The notes under the pieces were generated by a model. That model ran no database searches. It was not told the DNA's origin and saw only the letters and a list, made by a program, of their open reading frames with translations. A stretch of 50,672 bases of DNA, filler included, from Catajapyx aquilonaris (taxonomy: Eukaryota): NCBI GenBank assembly GCA_000934665.2. It is 2 parts of 2 records of this genome, joined end to end, with 100 filler letters (N's around TTAATTAATTAA, not from the genome) between each part and the next. Parts side by side here need not be neighbours in the genome. Positions count along the whole stretch, not along the records: positions 25,357 to 50,672 come from KZ539349.1; 1 more part is not named here. One strand, 5' to 3'. Positions 48,366-50,672 of the stretch are shown here, piece after piece. Each line of letters starts with the position of its first letter. The first letter of the stretch is position 1. The position numbers and the translations under genes are program-made.

Positions 48366-49203
48366 AGTCGCTATAATTATGTATATATGTGTGGATATAA
48401 TTATAATTATGTGTATGTATATATACACATACACAATAACCCACACCCACCCACACTCAGGGTGGTAGGATCGTTAGTAAAATTAGTCACTCTCGTAGGG
48501 GGTTAACCTACCTATACTTATATACCTATATACTTATACAGGGTGATCAAACTTTTTTGTCCTTTTAGTTATTGACAAATTCGGCCTAAGCTGCTTAATA
48601 TTGTAGCCCGTTACCTGGCAACCCCGTCCGGCGGGCCAATTCAGACATCAGCACATGGAGAGTGCTTCCATTGTTGCCACTGTTTACAAATCGAGTGAGT
48701 GACGCGGACGACCCAGCGAAGGTTTCTGCCTGCTAACACATCAGTAGCAAGGGATACGCAGGGAAAATGATGATGTTACTGAGAACAAGTCATTTTGGGG
48801 AAATGTTCCTTGCTGGACTCAAAGGTTTTCGTCCACAACACACCTGCACACGAAATATATTCCATCGCTGAGGAGGGAGTGTCAATTAAGATCAGGGGTG
48901 TGCTAATTGAAAGTACGTCAACTGACGGATTATTTCGGGTTTTGTGTCTTTTCCCCGTCATTCGACCACCGCTGAGACGAATGGAGGCCATGCCCTGTGT
49001 GACAGAACCGCGCCTGTCACGTAATTTGTCCCCATAAGACGTCATAATTCAAAATGGCCTCCCCATATAATTATACGAGTACGTGTCATTCGTGTCATAT
49101 TCGCGACAGGAAGGGGAACAGGACTACTATCGGATTTTTTAATACTGGCCCCTGTGTTTGACTCTAAATAACGCCCAGCTAGGAAAAGGGTCCAAAAATA
49201 ACC

Positions 49204-49283
49204 TTATTTATTTATTTACTTTTTATTAATTTAATTTAATTTAATTTACCCCGTGATGTCCCTTTAAGGGAGCTATAGGGGGG
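49204..49283 (-). mobile_element. Short retroposed 3'-end fragment (stem-loop plus AT-rich tail)
   Basis: The minus strand reads CCCC-TATAGC-TCCC-TTAAA-GGGA-CATCAC-GGGG-TA followed by (AATTA)/(AAAT) repeats. It is absent from the opposite arm of the fold-back. Confidence 0.6.
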
Positions 49284-49518
49284 TAGTATGCCACCATCAG
49301 TTTTTTTGACTAGTTGCCAAAGTTACGCCGAAAAGTCGATTTTTTTATGACACGTCTCGTAGGCCCAAAAATTTCCCCTGTGAACCCTGGATAGTGCAAA
49401 TCTTTGTCTATGTAATGATATATTTGAAACTTAGAAATCGCCATTTGTGTAATCATAATTAAGTTAATTGCACACCTCAGTTATCTCGGCCATTTATAAT
49501 CCGAATTACTTCGCAAAT

Positions 49519-49773
49519 AGGGCGATACAGTGGCGGAGTGGTTAGCGCCGCAGCCTTCCACCTCTAAGGTCACGAGTTCGATTCCCGGATCGGACAGAGG
49601 ATACTTATGTGGATAGAGTTTCGATGGGTTCTCTCCGTGTTAGCGTGGGTTTTCTCGGGGTTCTCCCGTTTCCTCCCACTATCAAAATCCATCATAGCAA
49701 ATGCAATGATTAAAGTCGGTTAATTAAAAAGATTATCCCCTAAAGAGCCCAAGGAGGCTTATCACGGGGTATC

Positions 49774-49864
<91 letters not shown>

Positions 49865-49882
49865 ATTGTTATTATTATTATT
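49519..49882 (+). mobile_element. tRNA-derived SINE, family B, with a V-domain-like core
   Basis: A box TGGCGGAGTGG, B box AGTTCGATTCC and an (ATT)/(GTT)n tail. 14-bp TSD ATTACTTCGCAAAT at 49505-49518 and 49883-49896. Confidence 0.9.
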
Positions 49883-50672
49883 ATTACTTCGCAAATGTAT
49901 CGACGGCAAGCCAGAAATGTGCATGTTAATTACACAGAGATCTATTACACTAAAGATTTTAAACGTATTAAAAAGTATCGCCGTCTATTCTCGCCAGAAA
50001 GCGGGCTGGGTACTTTTTTATTACTTACTAAAACAATACTTTTAATTTTTTTTGTGTAAGTTAATAGAGAACGGTGTAATTTTACGAGTATAACGCACAT
50101 TTCTGGCTTGCCGTCGATACATTTGCAAAGTAATTCGGATTATAGATGGCCGAGATAACTGAGATGTGCAATTAACTGAATTATGATTATACACAAATGG
50201 GGATTTCTAAGTTTCAAATATATCATTAGATAGACAAAGATTTGCACTATCCAGGGTTCACAGGAGGAATTTATGGTCCTACGAGAAGTGTCATAAAAAT
50301 TCACTTTGCGGCGTAACTTTGGCAACTAGTCAAAAAATGACGCTTTTCCGCCTTCTTCTTGCGATAAAAAATTACACAATGAAGATAGGTAATCAACTCG
50401 CATATAATTATGTTACGTAGATTTAAACAAGACTTCTAACGATGTATAACGTTATTTTTGGACCCTTTTCCTGGGAGTTATTTAGAGTCAAACACAGGGG
50501 CCAGTATTTAAAAATCCGATAGTAGTCCTGTTCCCCTTCCTGTCGCGAATATGACACGAATGACACGTACTCGTATATATGGGGAGGCCATTTTGAATTA
50601 TGACGTCTTATGGGGACAAATTACGTGACAGGCGCGGTTCTGTCACACAGGGCATGGCCTCCATTCGTCTCA

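Larger units (their letters stand above)
48539..50672. mobile_element. Fold-back element over 2 kb long, running off the window end
   Basis: 48973-49202 pairs with 50451-50672, and 49300-49518 pairs with about 50120-50337. Centre near 50000. The left end is inferred from TA|CAGGGTG at 48537-48545. Confidence 0.8.

Overview
Animal genomic DNA, most likely from an insect (inferred from the repeat families and short introns), with many transposons. A synthetic 100-bp spacer (N44-TTAATTAATTAA-N44, 25257-25356) splits the window into two contigs that may not be neighbours in the genome. The left contig holds a head-to-head pair only 315 bp apart: MTCH2/Mtch (minus strand, 4 exons seen, 3' end outside the window) and a complete 7-exon PSMD13/Rpn9 (plus strand, 379 aa). 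The right contig holds the last two coding exons of UCKL1, then a decayed, intron-containing UTP4/cirhin-like pseudogene, a CpG-rich candidate promoter near 40.3 kb and a broken piggyBac element. The remainder is nested MITE/fold-back elements, a Helitron, three tRNA-headed SINE families and RTE LINE fragments. All homology calls come from manual translation and recalled family sequences; no searches were run. I found no evidence of a wholly new protein system. The best leads are the UTP4 relic, the modular SINEs that share a covarying 3' stem-loop, and several unusual inverted-repeat architectures.
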